A model generated the notes under the pieces. The model worked only from the letters and a program-made list of their open reading frames with translations, did no database searches and was not told the DNA's origin. This document shows positions 38,889 through 51,854 of a stretch of DNA of 64,000 nt, in pieces. Source of the DNA: Podarcis gaigeae (lineage: Eukaryota); NCBI GenBank assembly GCA_964106915.2, contig OZ066917.1. One strand, given 5' to 3'. Made by a program: the position numbers and the translations under genes. Every line of letters starts with the position of its first letter. Within the stretch, counting starts at the first letter, position 1.

Positions 38889-39231
38889 TGTGGAGAGTCT
38901 ATGGTCCTCATGACCAAAGGGACCTTTTTAGTGTTGCCACATGTTCCTGAGGTCCACTCCATGGTCACCCAGAACAGGACCTCTGGTGCTGCAACACAAG
39001 CCCTCTGGACCTCTTTCCCTTTTGGTATCAGAGCAGCTCAACAGGCTAACCATTGCATAATAAGCAGTTTATAAATAATAATGCTACGAATAATGGGAAG
39101 GCTGTATGTTAGACTCTTAAAAGGACAGAAGTCATCTCAGGGCTTGCACTTGATAATCCCCAAGAGGCATCAAAACTCAAGGAACAGTAGAAAGAGAAAT
39201 TTGGAAGAGGGGATGAGGGGAATTCTACATA

Positions 39232-39480
39232 CAGTGGTACCTCTAGTTGCAGACACGATCCATTCCGGGGTGCCGTTCGCACCCAGAAAAGTCTACAACT
39301 AGAGTGGCGCTTCTGTGCAAGCGTTCTGTACAACAGAGTGCTTCTGTGCATGTGCGAAGCATGCAGAACGCTTCTGCATGTGTGCGCACGGCAAAATCCA
39401 GAAGTATCCACTTCCAGGTTTCCCGCATCCGTGAGCCAAAAAGACGCAACATGAACCTAACGCAACACGAGGTATGACTG
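39232..39480. mobile_element. Tigger/pogo-type MITE, distinct internal family
   Basis: TIRs cagtggtacctctagttgc / gcaacacgaggtatgactg; TA at 39230-31 and 39481-82; internal gcttctg(t)gcatg repeats. Confidence 0.88.
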
Positions 39481-42275
39481 TATTGGCTTGAATTAATCTG
39501 CTAAATCTTTGACTACAGGTCTTTAGTTTGTTAAAATGTTGCTTTGGGTATTTTGTTTGTAATAAAATCACATTTGCTTTACATTTTGGTTATGTGATGA
39601 TATATTTTATGCTCCTTAGCAGGATGCCAATACTATCGTTAGTAACGCAACATGTGACCATGCTTGGGCAATGGCACTTATGGCTGGAATGTTCTGTTGC
39701 CTAATAACCATACCTCAGTTCCTTCTCACATCCATAAATGACAAAGGTGAATGTGGACAAACCGACAAGGTGGCTCTGTGAAGCTTAATTCACTAAATGT
39801 TTGCAAAGCACTCTGATGAAAAGCTGATTCAATAATTCTTTCCACCAATGTACTCTAATAAACATAGGCACCACCAGTATTTTAATCAAGTTAGCTATCT
39901 ACAATATGTTAATATTTTAATTTCCCTTTCAATGGATTTTAAGTTCCACTAAATTAAACCAGAAACCTTCAATATATAGCACAGTGGAACACAATAACTG
40001 CAATTCCTGTAAAGGGCTTAGATGCTGGCAAAAAGCTCTCACTAACTCAATAAATTAGAATAATAAAAGCAAATATGAAACCTAAGAACAAGAGGAGAGT
40101 ACAGGCCAGAAAATGCAGGCACAGGTGGACATGGTGCACTGGGAGAACAGAGAGTCCAAGCCTATGCTAAATTAAGTGCTTTGAACTGCAGTAGCTGGCA
40201 GCCACAATTCAGACAATCAATATGCAAACTCCTCAATAAATCCTATGGCCCTCTACAAATCTCACATGGCCAAATCTAATTCAAATATCTATCTGAATCC
40301 CTAGGCTCTTTAGCTGGCAAGCTCATTGCAAGACTTGTAGTTTTATACTCTGAAATGTGATAACATTTACTGATGCATGAAAGGAGACTCAGCGGGAGCA
40401 TCGACAACCCTGAATTTGAGAAGAACTAAAGCAGGGCAAGTCATGGATGGATCCAGCAAAACGGCACCTGGCTTGAGCCAGGGATGCAGAAGAAACATCA
40501 TCTTCTCAGAGTCATGAATGCACATGGTAATCTCAGCATAGAACTGAACTGAGCAGAGATTAGACCTGTCACAGAGCTCACATTTGCTTCAATGTGTTGT
40601 ACGTATCACTCCTCTTCCAATAAATCAACCATACTGGAGAAGCTAGCACCTGGTTCTGGGAAAGAACATTTTTCTTTTTTAGGAATGAGCCCTTCATCAA
40701 GATCTTAACCTATGTTGCTGAACCACAGCAGGTGCTTGCATTTTTTTGATATATATATATATTCTTTAAGGTAAATTCTTCCTTTTTTGAAGTATAGTTA
40801 TTTTCTCTAAGGTGAATTTTATGACTCTACTAAGATTGATGTTGAGAGAGACAGTAGTAATGTGCAGGTATATATAAAGGACTGTAGAAACAGTTCTCTT
40901 GCATGCACACTCATGCACATCTGGATAGCTCTGCCAAGAACAGTACAGAGTACCTTCAACTCAAGGCAGTGTACCATGGCTGTGGGTAACACCATCTTTA
41001 CCGTCCTGCAGTGTCCTCCAGTTCTGGCATATGTCAAGAGGACTTCAATTAGCTGCTACACAAGGGCAAGTTCTTTCCATGCTCCAAATCCAGGGCTTCT
41101 ACAACTGGAAATGTGAGCCCTTAGATGTTGAACGTGATCTTTGAAAAGGCAGGTACTTTTTCTCCTTGCACTCAGAACAAGGAACTGGCTGAGAAACATT
41201 TATGCTTATAGTGGTCCTGTTTGCTTATATATTTATTAGGAAAATACCCATGCACCAGTAAAACAAGGAGATTAAAAAGTCAGAGAGAGAGAGATTCTGC
41301 TGATCTGGGGTGTGGGATTCACAGTACTAAAGTGGCTTTGTTTGGAATTCCATAGATGTTTGCATGGAAGTAAGCGCTATTGAATTCAGTAAGACTTTCT
41401 CACAAGTAGAAATGTGTAGGATCAATGCACACACATGTGTTTGTATTCATGTGATTAAAGAAAAGGAAATGGCAGATTACCTTGTAGCCATTAATGTAGA
41501 TCTTATACCAACACTGCAATTGCATTATGCAATTAAGAGATGCACTTCGCTCCTTCTTGGAGAATGAAGAAGAGGATGGGGAAAAAAGAGTAAGAACTTG
41601 ACTGGGAGGAACTGCAGAAATTAAGCAGACAGTATTAAATTTTCTTTCTGTTTAAGAGTGAGCTTTAAAGGACATTTTCCACAGCTCTTTATAAAACTGG
41701 AAACGTTTTTCATGTTGCAATATTGTTGATGTTGAAGGGAGTAGGGAATGCAAGAGCTGTTTCAAGAACATATTGAATCAGAGGAGATGAGGAAAGAGGA
41801 GAAGCATAAGTATGAGGCAACGAGGAAACAATTTTCAAAAAACAATAATGAACATTTTTTGAGTTGCACAGATGGTTTCTCTTTATTTCTGTTTTTGTCT
41901 GTAAAGCACATGCAAATCCCGCTGCATATTCCTCTGGAGGCACTCTCCTGTCAGAATCAGGCCTGGAACTCATATATTTAGGATGAAGCAGGGGATTCCT
42001 CAGTGAGTTCATAACAGAGAGACTATTATGCTGGAAACAGGAAATCTATACAGGTAATACATTGCGTATGTACATATTCGTGGACACACACAAACACAGG
42101 GCCTCATTTTCCACAAGCAGCCTTCCTCTTGCTCAGCACTGGCATGAGAGCAGAATGCAATATCTCAGCCTAATTTCTCTGAGCAATCTCTGTTTACCTA
42201 TTTCCCACCTTGACTTTCATCTAGAAACAATATTTTACATTTTGGTATGTTCACAAGTCAGCAGCAGTTGGATAC

Positions 42276-42708
42276 TGTAATGGTTCTAGCGGTTGCTCGT
42301 GCGTAAACCGGTGCAACACCTGGCTGGGTTGCCTGAGTGAACCTTTTCTGTCCGGACAGCCACTCACCCGTGGCTGTCTCAATCGCTGGCAGAATCCGTC
42401 AGTGGGCGTTTCTTGAACTTCTTCCAGCAAAGAAGCTCTTTGACGCCTAGTCTCCTCCTACTCTCCCTGCGTGGAAGCCTTCTGTGCAAGGAGGGTGTAG
42501 GCAGCAGAGGACCCTTACTCTCCCCGCTGGTCCCTGGCAAGGAGTCATGGGACTGCCTCGCCGATTCCCCCATCTGCCCCCTTCTCCACTGGTGGTACGC
42601 TGATTCTCTTCCCCAGAAGATGGGCTTCCTCTCCCCATCCCGGGACACTCTCTGGGACCCCTCCAGAGCCCGCTCACTCCCTCCGGCCCTGATGGCAGTT
42701 CCCTGACA
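42276..42708. mobile_element. Intact solo LTR (433 bp), probably Gypsy-type
   Basis: TGT...ACA termini; perfect 5-bp TSD gatac (42271-75, 42709-13); CpG-rich relative to flanks. Confidence 0.88.
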
Positions 42709-43185
42709 GATACGTAGGCAGAACTTTGTGAGTTCAACTTTTCCCCAGCATGCTCACATGTGGGAAGCCAGCGTTGTTCCCCCACAGTCACCCCATCACC
42801 CCCATTGGAAGAAATGCTGAGTATGAGCTGAAACTTCCATTGAGTGTGCTCTTAGATTACCATAGCCATCATGTTATGTATGAGGGTCACTGCCAGGAAA
42901 CACTGCTATTGTCTGGGCAAAGCCCCAGCCTGACTTATAAATGTTTGAAGTCTTTCCAGTTTCCAGGATCATCGCTTGGAGACATCTGAGAATTCTCTAT
43001 TCTAGCCCAAGCTCCTCCTGGCTTAAAAATTTGGTTTGTTTGTTTTTCACAGCAGACCAATCCAATTAAAAATACCTGAACTTGCTCATGGATTGGAACA
43101 CCACTGTCATTTGGATTATGGACTTCTCCAGCTTTTGTAATGCAGTTTTGGATATAAGAACAGCCTCTCTTTGTTTGTGTTTGCT

Positions 43186-43260
43186 TGTGTGTGTGTGTGC
43201 GTGTGTGTGTGTTGATAGCATGCAGTGCCTGGGAATCTTAGATACACACACACACACACA
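43186..43260. repeat. (TG)n and (AC)n microsatellites in inverted orientation
   Basis: TG run 43186-43212 and AC run 43244-43260. Confidence 0.9.
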
Positions 43261-43299
43261 ATTTTTAAATGGATAGTGTAGTATTGTGTTTTGACCCAT

Positions 43300-43790
43300 G
43301 ATGCAAAAAATCAAGTGATCACGCCAAAGTTATGTTTCAGTCTATTATCGTGTTTCAACATGGTGCCTGGCATTGATGAAGACTGCCTACCCCACCTTTG
43401 GAATCCCTGTGCTGAGTTTGGTGACAATACCAAGACAGAACCTATGCAAATAATGGGTAAAATCATGCCACAGTCATGTTTTGATTTGTCGTATTTATTT
43501 AAAATGGCAGCCAGCATCCAAATTGCATTGATGTCTACCACCCCCACCTTGGGAATCCCTGCGCCAAGTTAGACAATGATACTTTGAGAGACAACTGACC
43601 CAACGCCAAAGAAGTGCAAAGTCATACCAATGTAACTTTTTGGTCAGCCATCTTGATTCAAAATGGTGCCTGATGTCCAAATGGTCACAAATCTGCGACC
43701 TCTACATCAGGAACCCGAATGTTTGGTGATTATCTCAAGAGGCATCCTAATGCCCAGAGAACAAACAAACTGGCAAACAGACAAAACAGT
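43300..43790 (+). mobile_element. Probable Helentron-associated (HINE/DINE-1-like) non-autonomous element
   Basis: Three imperfect ~145-160-bp units (aa(c/a)atgg at 43357, 43501, 43660; gaatccct at 43401, 43553), gtttggtga motifs, and a terminal acaaacaaac...aaacagacaaa simple repeat. Confidence 0.5.
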
Positions 43791-44310
43791 GTTCGAAACT
43801 CCCATTGTTCTAGGTGTGTTTTGAGACAGGGAATTTCATTACTGTGCGCACTTTTTGAGCTCTGGGAGCAGTACTGCACCTAAGATTTCAGATTAAAACT
43901 GCCGCTGCTGGAAGGAAAGGAGGACCTTTTTCTTTCTACCCACTTCCAGCCACTCTCTGAGGACAGGAGAAGGGACCCTCATAAGAATATTAGGGGGGGC
44001 GGGCAGGGGAAGTATGGCTTTGTTTTTTGCAGTCTTCAGATGAGGACTAGACCATGTGAAAAATGAACATAATATTTTAGCTGCAGTTCATTTATTTTCA
44101 GCTTTGTATTCTTGTTATAAAAAGTGCGCCTAGACATTCCATTGTGGTGCCCATGACCTAGGTTTAAGGTGCCATTTAGCTCCCAGCTTTCATATCTCAG
44201 CTTCTAACACTGAGACAAAGCACTTTCCAAAATATTTAGTAGGTATGTAAGCAGCTAAATTTGAGCACTGTGGCTTTCCAGGATGGCCCAACTGTGCACT
44301 CCACGATCAG

Positions 44311-44620
44311 AGGTACCTCTGAATACCAGTCACGGGGAACAAAAACAGGAAAACCCTTAAGTCTTAATTGTGAGCTTCCCAAATGAAGGTAAACATCCTC
44401 GGAAGGTGGTGGACTCTCCTTTCTTGAAGGTTTTTGAGCAGAGGTTGGATGGCCATCTATCATGGATGCTTTAGTTGAAATTCCTGCATTGCAGGGGTTT
44501 GGAGTAGATGACCCCCAGGGTCCCTTCTAACTCTAAAATTATGATGTTATGCATCTGGTTGGTCACTGTGGAAAACGGTGGGTTGGCCTGTGGTCTGATG
44601 CAGCACAGCTCTCCTTACGC
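44311..44620 (+). mobile_element. CR1 3' fragment nested inside another CR1 3' UTR fragment
   Basis: Outer halves gtgagcttccca | gcatctggttggtcactgtg are split by 44397-44550 (ggtggtggactctcct...tagatgacccccagggtcccttctaactct). Confidence 0.7.
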
Positions 44621-46126
44621 TCCCAAGGAGGATGCTACCAGAGCAATATAAAATGCAGAGCAGAATATACAAGGTCTGAAGATTTATAACTGGGCAGCTG
44701 TTTCTCTTCTTCCCCTCAATGAACCTGAGTAGCATGGAAATGCTTTGAAACTTGGCTGGGTTGCCCACTATGCAGGAGGTCACCCCGTTTCAGGAAGGAA
44801 TGCGATAAATCAGTATGAGGCAACATGTGACAAGAAATTGACTTTGGTTCAGGCTATGGTCTCACTGCACTTCAGAGTGGGTAATATTCAACTTGATTAT
44901 CTCTTCCTTGCCAAGATGAAGTTTCTGTCTGTGCTTAAAAAAAATCTCTTGGATGAGCCAGGGAGGAATTGATCTGCCAGAGTGAAACGCTGACAAGAAA
45001 ACAGAACTCAGAAACAGGATGAGAACAGACAACAAGACAAGTGAGAGAGATGGGGCCTGGCAGTCTTTTTACTCAGGTTTGCAGCCAGACTCTTGAAGTC
45101 TCTTTTGGACACAGATGGAATAAGGGCAAATATGGTCCCAATCCCATCTTCAGCTCAACTTCACTTTGCACCTGCCTAGATGTAAAGCAGGGGAGAGGAA
45201 CTGGATCCAATTGGCTGGCAGTATACTTATCTCTCCCCCCCCCAAACCTGTTGTTGATGAGCAGGCAAGACCACACATCTGCCAGTCATCTGATGTCATA
45301 ATGTGATTGATGGGTTTGATGTTGTTGATGTTGTTGGTGGTTATAGCAATCTCCTTTTGAAGAGGAACTTTCAGTGCTAATTAGCTGATTGGTGCTGGGA
45401 GTGTGACTTTGAAGAGGTTTACTGTAACCTCTTTGCCATGTCCTTGCTCCGCATTTGCTGTTGTTTCCCCTGAAAGGAGAGGAGAGAAGCCAAGCCATCC
45501 CATGAGGACCCACCCCACACTGATATACAGCAGTTGACCTTGATGCTGGACAGTTGGGTGTAGTGGGTAGATTTTTGTTTTAATGGTGAGTTAACATGAA
45601 TAGCCTTTGGGCTAGGGAAGGGCTGTTGATGTTGAGTTTTTATTTTTATCTGATGGTTAGTAGGTGGTAGTATTTAAATTGTTAGCATGGTGGTCAATGT
45701 CTTCTATCACTGCTATGGGGATTCCCCCCCCCCATTATGTTGCATAGAATATTAAAGTGTTTTATGATTTTCCCCACCCCTTTTCTATGGTATAATTTAG
45801 TTATGTATATTTTTTTCTATGTAGCTCAGTTAGAATCTCTTTGGGTGAGATACGACTAATAAGTTTAATTAATTAATAATAGCCAATCATCTGAGATTGG
45901 CAGTTAGAGGGAACCCATTTTTAGTCTCTGCAGAGGGGGACATACTTCTAAAAATGGAGCATTTCTCCCTCTGCGGAGAAAGCAGTTTGGATTTAAAGCA
46001 CCACCTCCAGCACTTGAATGCAAGCTGCTTACTCTGGAGATTTTTTTTATTATTAAAAGAAAATTGTGCTGTTTAAAAATGGGTCCATTTCTCTCTCTCC
46101 AGAGGAAGCAGTTTATAGAGAACTAG

Positions 46127-46330
46127 TGAGGTAGCTGTTACCAAGTGCCAGTCTATGACCAGGGAGACCCAAGTTCAAATCCCTGATAAGCTATGAAATC
46201 CACTGGGTGATGTTTGGTCAGTGAATATTAGCCTATCCTATCTGATAGAATTGTTGTTAGGATAAAGAAGGGAACATGCATGTCACACCCTTCACCTTCT
46301 TGGGAGAAGGGTGGCACATAAACACAATAG
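46127..46330 (+). mobile_element. CORE/MIR-like SINE, degenerate
   Basis: B-box-like gttcaaatccc followed by cactgggtga...agcctatcctatctgatagaattgttgttaggataaa. Related remnants at ~57316-57420 (+) and ~58085-58215 (-). Confidence 0.65.
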
Positions 46331-47323
46331 GTAAATAAAAAGTCCCCCCCCCCCAATATTTTAGTCCAGTGAGTTGATTACTCCAGTCAGCCAAAAGGGG
46401 CATCTCAAGGCCAACATGACTGAAGTTCAAGGAACCATTACAACTGTAAGAAAAGTGACTCATTGCAATGTAAAAGCTTCCTTCTGATTGCAGGACATGT
46501 TGATCCCCTAAGCCACTCTCATTAGATATGCTTGTTTGTCGTTGTCAGATCTAATTGTGAGGGCTTTGAATCCATTTAGGTGTTTTGTTGTTCCTGAAAG
46601 CCTAAACTGCAACTTTCTAGATCTCTAAGGATCAGCTGCCATCCCTCCCAGCATATCTGTGGTCTATAACGGCACATCGCAGTTCTGCCCATTGCTCAGT
46701 TCCCCCAGGACTTACATTACGCCTACCCCACTTCTATTCCTGATTCTAAATCTAACTCATCCTAGAGGACATCCTTGCAGTAGAGAGAAGAGAGATATTA
46801 TTTTGCTTACATCTTCAGGCAAAAGTCAGATTAGGAAGAGATAAAATTAAAATGCACAAAAAGAAAAAGGCATAGTAAAATGTAAGTTCTATTAATGTTG
46901 TTGGGTGTCAGGTTTATATTAGTTTTTCATGTACTGCAAGGCCTTTTGGTAGAAGGAAATTAGAGATGAGCAGGATCCATTTGTTACATTACGAAAAGAT
47001 TTGACAGAGGCAGAAACGGGTTGCATCCAGAACGGATTCCACAATTCATTCTTTCCCATGAAGAGAAACCTTCTATAGCCTTAAGAAAGCATCAATCACT
47101 TGCTGCATTAAAAACCTTCCTTTATTTTCACAAGTGACCCAGACAGAAGCGGCTAACCCAGTAGGGCAGAACCACAACAATAGCTTCCTGGCAGTGCAGT
47201 CACTGAGGGTTGCTGGGAGAGGTAGCCTGGTTACCAGCTTGGTTCTGTCAGTTTACCCCCCCCCCCACTGCAAAAATCTCCACACCACTTCCAGGTTCAC
47301 ATCCACAACTCTGCTGCTTGGAT

Positions 47324-47514
47324 CAGTGGCGTAGCGTGGGTTGTCAGCACCCGGGGCAAGGCAAGTAATTTGCGCCCCCTAACCCGTGGATTTGCGCCCC
47401 CTAACCCGTGGATTTGCGCCCCCTAACCCGCGGATTTGCACCCCCAAACCCTAACCCCCAGATGTTGCGCCCGGTGCGGCCGGCCCCCCCTGCACCCCCC
47501 ACGCTACGCCACTG
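47324..47514. mobile_element. Young hAT MITE with internal telomere-motif 22-bp VNTR (3 full units)
   Basis: Perfect 17-bp TIR cagtggcgtagcgtggg; perfect TSD gcttggat (47316-23, 47515-22); units atttgcgccccctaacccgtgg at 47368, 47390, 47412. Confidence 0.95.
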
Positions 47515-47787
47515 GCTTGGATATCAGCACTGCAGTTTCAAAGCTGGTTCTGAGTCCAGGATGGTGTAATTCTTCCTAGATGGTTCTGGATTTTTTTCAG
47601 GGCCAGAAATTGTCTTTCCAAAAAAAAGTCTCCCTTGAGAAATGACATTGACTGTTTTCTGAGTTAGTGATTTTTGTAAAATAAAAATAAAAATACCTAA
47701 ACTTTTCTTTCTACAGCACTTCAATTCTCTTTTGAAAGCATGGGGCAAACATTTATGGTGAGGATATTGCTAAGCCTACATACAGTA

Positions 47788-48257
47788 TGTCAGGGTGGTT
47801 GTCTGGAGCAGGTAAGCAGTAACTCACAAGATGTCAGTGAAGTTAAGGCCTCGTGAGCACAGCAACTCTTCCAAGTACATCTTCCCCCAGTGGCTACTGA
47901 AATAACTGAAGGTCCTCACCTTTCCACAGTTCTCTAAGTTTCTTCTTCCCCTGGTTCCTTCCCAAGCAATCTGAGATTCTGATGCCTTGTCTATCTCTGC
48001 TCTGTCCTCTTCACACCTCTGCTGTTTCTGGGAGACGCCTTGCAGCAGGAGACCCCTTGGCTTCTTCTGCGGCTTGCCTCATCTTGCTCACAAAGCCCTG
48101 TTACTTCTTCAGCTTCTGACACCTCCTCCTCCTAGTCTGCTCCCTCTTCTACCTCTGACCATTCACATCGTCCCACCCCGGCTCTGAGTCTTCCTCCCTT
48201 GGGGGTTCCCCAGCTGGCGCCTCCCACCACTTCTCTGCATCCAGCCAGACCATGACA
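47788..48257. mobile_element. Probable solo LTR (470 bp)
   Basis: tgtca...tgaca termini; pyrimidine-rich composition like 42276-42708. The TSD is not exact (ataca is offset by 3 nt on the left). Confidence 0.55.
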
Positions 48258-48694
48258 ATACATCAGGGATGGGAAACTTTGATCTCACAGATGTTATGGG
48301 ATATAAGTCCCATCTAGCCACTGGCCATACTAGAGGGCTGTAACCTTTCAAGGACACTGGCTGCCCAGTGTACTTTCACCAAATGATGGGAATATGTATG
48401 GGAATATGTGGTCATCAGTCAAAACCTGCCCCAACTTCCTTTCCTTATTCTTAGCCTCTCTCAGGTCCCAGGTTTTGTCCTGTCTGAGCTCCCCTGCCCC
48501 CAGGTCTTTGACCACTTTTCATCCTGTTTCATTTATGTCTTTTTAATAGTCCTCTTACTGTGATGAACTGGTCTTAAGTCTAGCAAATACAAGATAGTTA
48601 AACAAACATTCAAAGTGTTCATTTGCTTACCAACCTGTGGATTCAACTGGGGCATATAGACATATTAATGAACAGTGTTAATGGTGCACTAGTG

Positions 48695-49210
48695 CAGTGG
48701 TTCCCAATTAGGGCTCCAGTGACCCCTGGGGGTCCACGGAACACACCTAGGGGGTCCACGGCCCCATCTCTTGCCTCCCACCTACTAAATTTTTGTCATT
48801 TTCACAAATTTTATGGTGTGTGTTTTTTTAGTATACCTAAAATCCTTTGTTTATTAGGGGCTACCCTACATTTTGTTCAAAAAATTGCTTTGTAGAGTTA
48901 TCAACATTTTTAAAAGTAGAAGTCCATGGTTTGGCTTTTGAAAAATAGAGGTTCCTCAGTACAGTGGTACCTCAGGTTAAGTACTTAATTCGTTCCGGAG
49001 GTCTGTTCTTAACCTGAAGCACAACTTTAGCTAATGGGGCCTCCCGCTGCCACTGCACCTCTGGAGCACGATTTCTGTTCTCATTCTGAAGCAAAGTTCT
49101 TAACCCGAGGTAATATTTCTGGGTTAGCGGAGTCTGTAACCTGAAGTGTATGTAACCTGAAGCGTATGTAACCCAAGGTACCACTGTAATTAGCTAATTG
49201 GGAAACACTG
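48695..49210. mobile_element. hAT (Charlie-like) MITE hosting a nested Tigger MITE
   Basis: TIR cagtggttcccaat / attgggaaacactg (13/14); perfect TSD cactagtg (48687-94, 49211-18). Confidence 0.9.
48962..49186. mobile_element. Tigger/pogo-type MITE, copy 3 (nested)
   Basis: Same TIRs and body as 4254-4495; TA flanks at 48960-61 and 49187-88. Confidence 0.93.
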
Positions 49211-51854
49211 CACTAGTGGGGTCACAGATGCAATGAAGCCCAAATACTTAGCCAGACATCATGTGGTTTTCGTCTCTGAAATCCTAAGGGGACAAAAATG
49301 TTACAGATAATATCTCTGAGGTGATAGGCCTAAGATAGCATTTGCCTAGTTTCACTTCCTCTGAGCTTTCTGCCAACATTTCTCTATCTTGGGCACTAAA
49401 ACCATTCAGGAGGACAAGATGCTTCCTTGCTCAGGGACACAATGGACATTATATTTTAGATCTGGTATTCTTATGGGGAGACAGCCAGATGTACTTTCCT
49501 TGCAAAAACTAGTCTTCCTTTGTCTTGTCCTTTTCTCATGACAATATGCCCTATCACAGGAGGAGAAGTTGATTGATGAATTGCTGGATGTTTAAATAGC
49601 TACTGTTTGCTGGAACAGCACTACCATGCAGACACAGAAGTCCTGGCCTATTGCCCTCACCACCCACTCCTTCCTAGAGCATGCCATGGATAAAGCCTAG
49701 AAAGGGAAACAGCTGGTGCTGAATACTTGGCCTTAAAGCTGTAGAGTTCATCTGAAATACTACCAGCACACTAATTTGTACATGGTATCCATGATACCAG
49801 AAAGTAAATACAGGGTATATATTGTACACACGTGTGTGTTCATACACAGGGGGCAGGGTGGTGGGCGGGGACAGCAGTATAGCCTATGAAAGAACTTGCA
49901 AGAAATTTGGAATTGCTTTATGAGATGTGATGCCATTTTCTTTGCAAAGCTGTGCACTGGTCCCTCTTTTGATAACCAATGTGGAAACCACAGATGAAAA
50001 GCAACACAGAGAAGTTACATATTTTTATTATCATCCCACCCATTTTTGTTAACTCATCTGTCTCATGGATGTATCCAACACTAACAGCCAGAAGTGGAGA
50101 GGAAGCTAAGAGGGACCCCTGCATGTGTTATTTTGCCTAAGGCCAGAACAGGAGATCAACCTGCAGGAGGGGAATGAAGGAAATGTCATTAAAGGCCAGA
50201 TAATTCATATGAATCATGATTCCATATGGCTCTTAAATTCAAGAGCAGTGGGAGAATACAAATGCCATGTTATTGGATGCCACATAGGTCTGTAAAGTAT
50301 CTAAGTAAATAGACAAAAAGGCAGGTTGATAAACAGGAAAACCCTAAACTATCTACATATTGTGATAACAAGGTAACTCTGTGCACACAACCACCACTAG
50401 CAACTAACAATTTCTTTTTATCTTTAAGTACAACCTTCCCAAAATATTCACTTTCACAAAATGAATGGAAATTGGACATAGTTATGCAGGTGCGTTTGCA
50501 CAGATGCCATTTATCACAATGGGGGCTTACATAACAGGAATTATGTCTCCTTTACACCTAGTGGTGAAAACGGAAGAAACTAGCTTTCAGAAAAGCTCCT
50601 TGCATCGCACAATTTGTATCATATCTTTCTGGATGATTTTATCCTTCTCTCATGAAGAAGACAGCTGCCTCTGCACCTTTCTCTAACGGCTATTCAATCC
50701 TGCATTTATACAGCAGTAGCTAAAAGCCAGCAGCTGGAATTAAGGAGCTGATGGCTCAACACCTGACGAGGTGACGCCCCTCTGTCATTTTTAATGCAGG
50801 GCACAGGCCTAGTAGGTCTTGGGGCTTAGCTACAGATTGAACCAAAATATCCACATCAGACATACTTTGCAGAGTTATTTCAGTTCCAGTTGTCATTATG
50901 ATAGGTGATGCTTTGGAGTCGTTATATTAATTAAGCTGGAAAGGAATTGCCTTCATTTCACTTTTTGAAAGAGTGCTCTTGTTACACCTCCATGCAAGCT
51001 TGAACTAAAATACCTCAGGGTGTGAGTTAATATGACTGATTCGTTACTGCAGTTGCTGTAACTTTGTAGACTCATCAGTTCCCTTTGTGAGAAATATACC
51101 TAAGTGCTGGCAATCAGCACAAGCAAAGCAAGTGGCTGAATCATCCACCCCCAGCAAAGAAGTTTGCAGGGATGCTTGATCTTGTTATCCCAAACCTTTG
51201 GAAAGGACTTGTAGGCAGAATGAACTTTCCTGCTTCCATGATCTTCTCTAGCAACCAGAGATAAAACTGGCCCAAAGGAAATATTTTGCAGAGAGGAGAA
51301 AAAGAAGGGTCTGCCTTTCACTCTGCCTACGTCTAACAAATCAGCAAATGGCTCTCTCTGTGTCCTCTATTATCTATTAGAGCTGAGATACTTCCCTCAA
51401 TTCAGTGAGCCCTCTTGGTGCCATCAGCCAGTTTGTGGGGTAGCATGGAAGCCACTATGGCTGGGAAGGAGAGGCAATCCTTCTGTAAGGTATCTGTGGC
51501 GTCCTACACCTCACATGGCCTGGTGGTACAGGATGGTGACCTCCTTCAAAAGTAAAGGCCACCATCCATTTTGACTGGCCCCTTTCCTCCTTTGCTCTTT
51601 AGGGGAAACCTTTCCCAGCCCTCACTCTCTCTTTCAATCTGTTTAGACGCTCCCACTGAGGTGTGAATTGCTTGCTAGCTAACAGGGCCAGAAGGAATTC
51701 TACTCCCAACCACAATTAACCTTATTTTGGTAGATTTCACCTTTCTCTCAGCAAGAGTTTTGTTAGTTCTCTCACAGGTTGCATAAGCACGGATCCATTT
51801 AGGTCCATTTGCCATTTAGCTATAGCTAATCAATTATTAGATTCTACTATACAA

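Noticed and set aside
42379-42791. Three overlapping ORFs
   Set aside because: Almost entirely within a TSD-flanked solo LTR.
47368-47455. CRISPR-like or true telomeric array
   Set aside because: Units are contiguous with no spacers, the DNA is vertebrate, and hexamers are embedded in a 22-bp MITE-internal unit.
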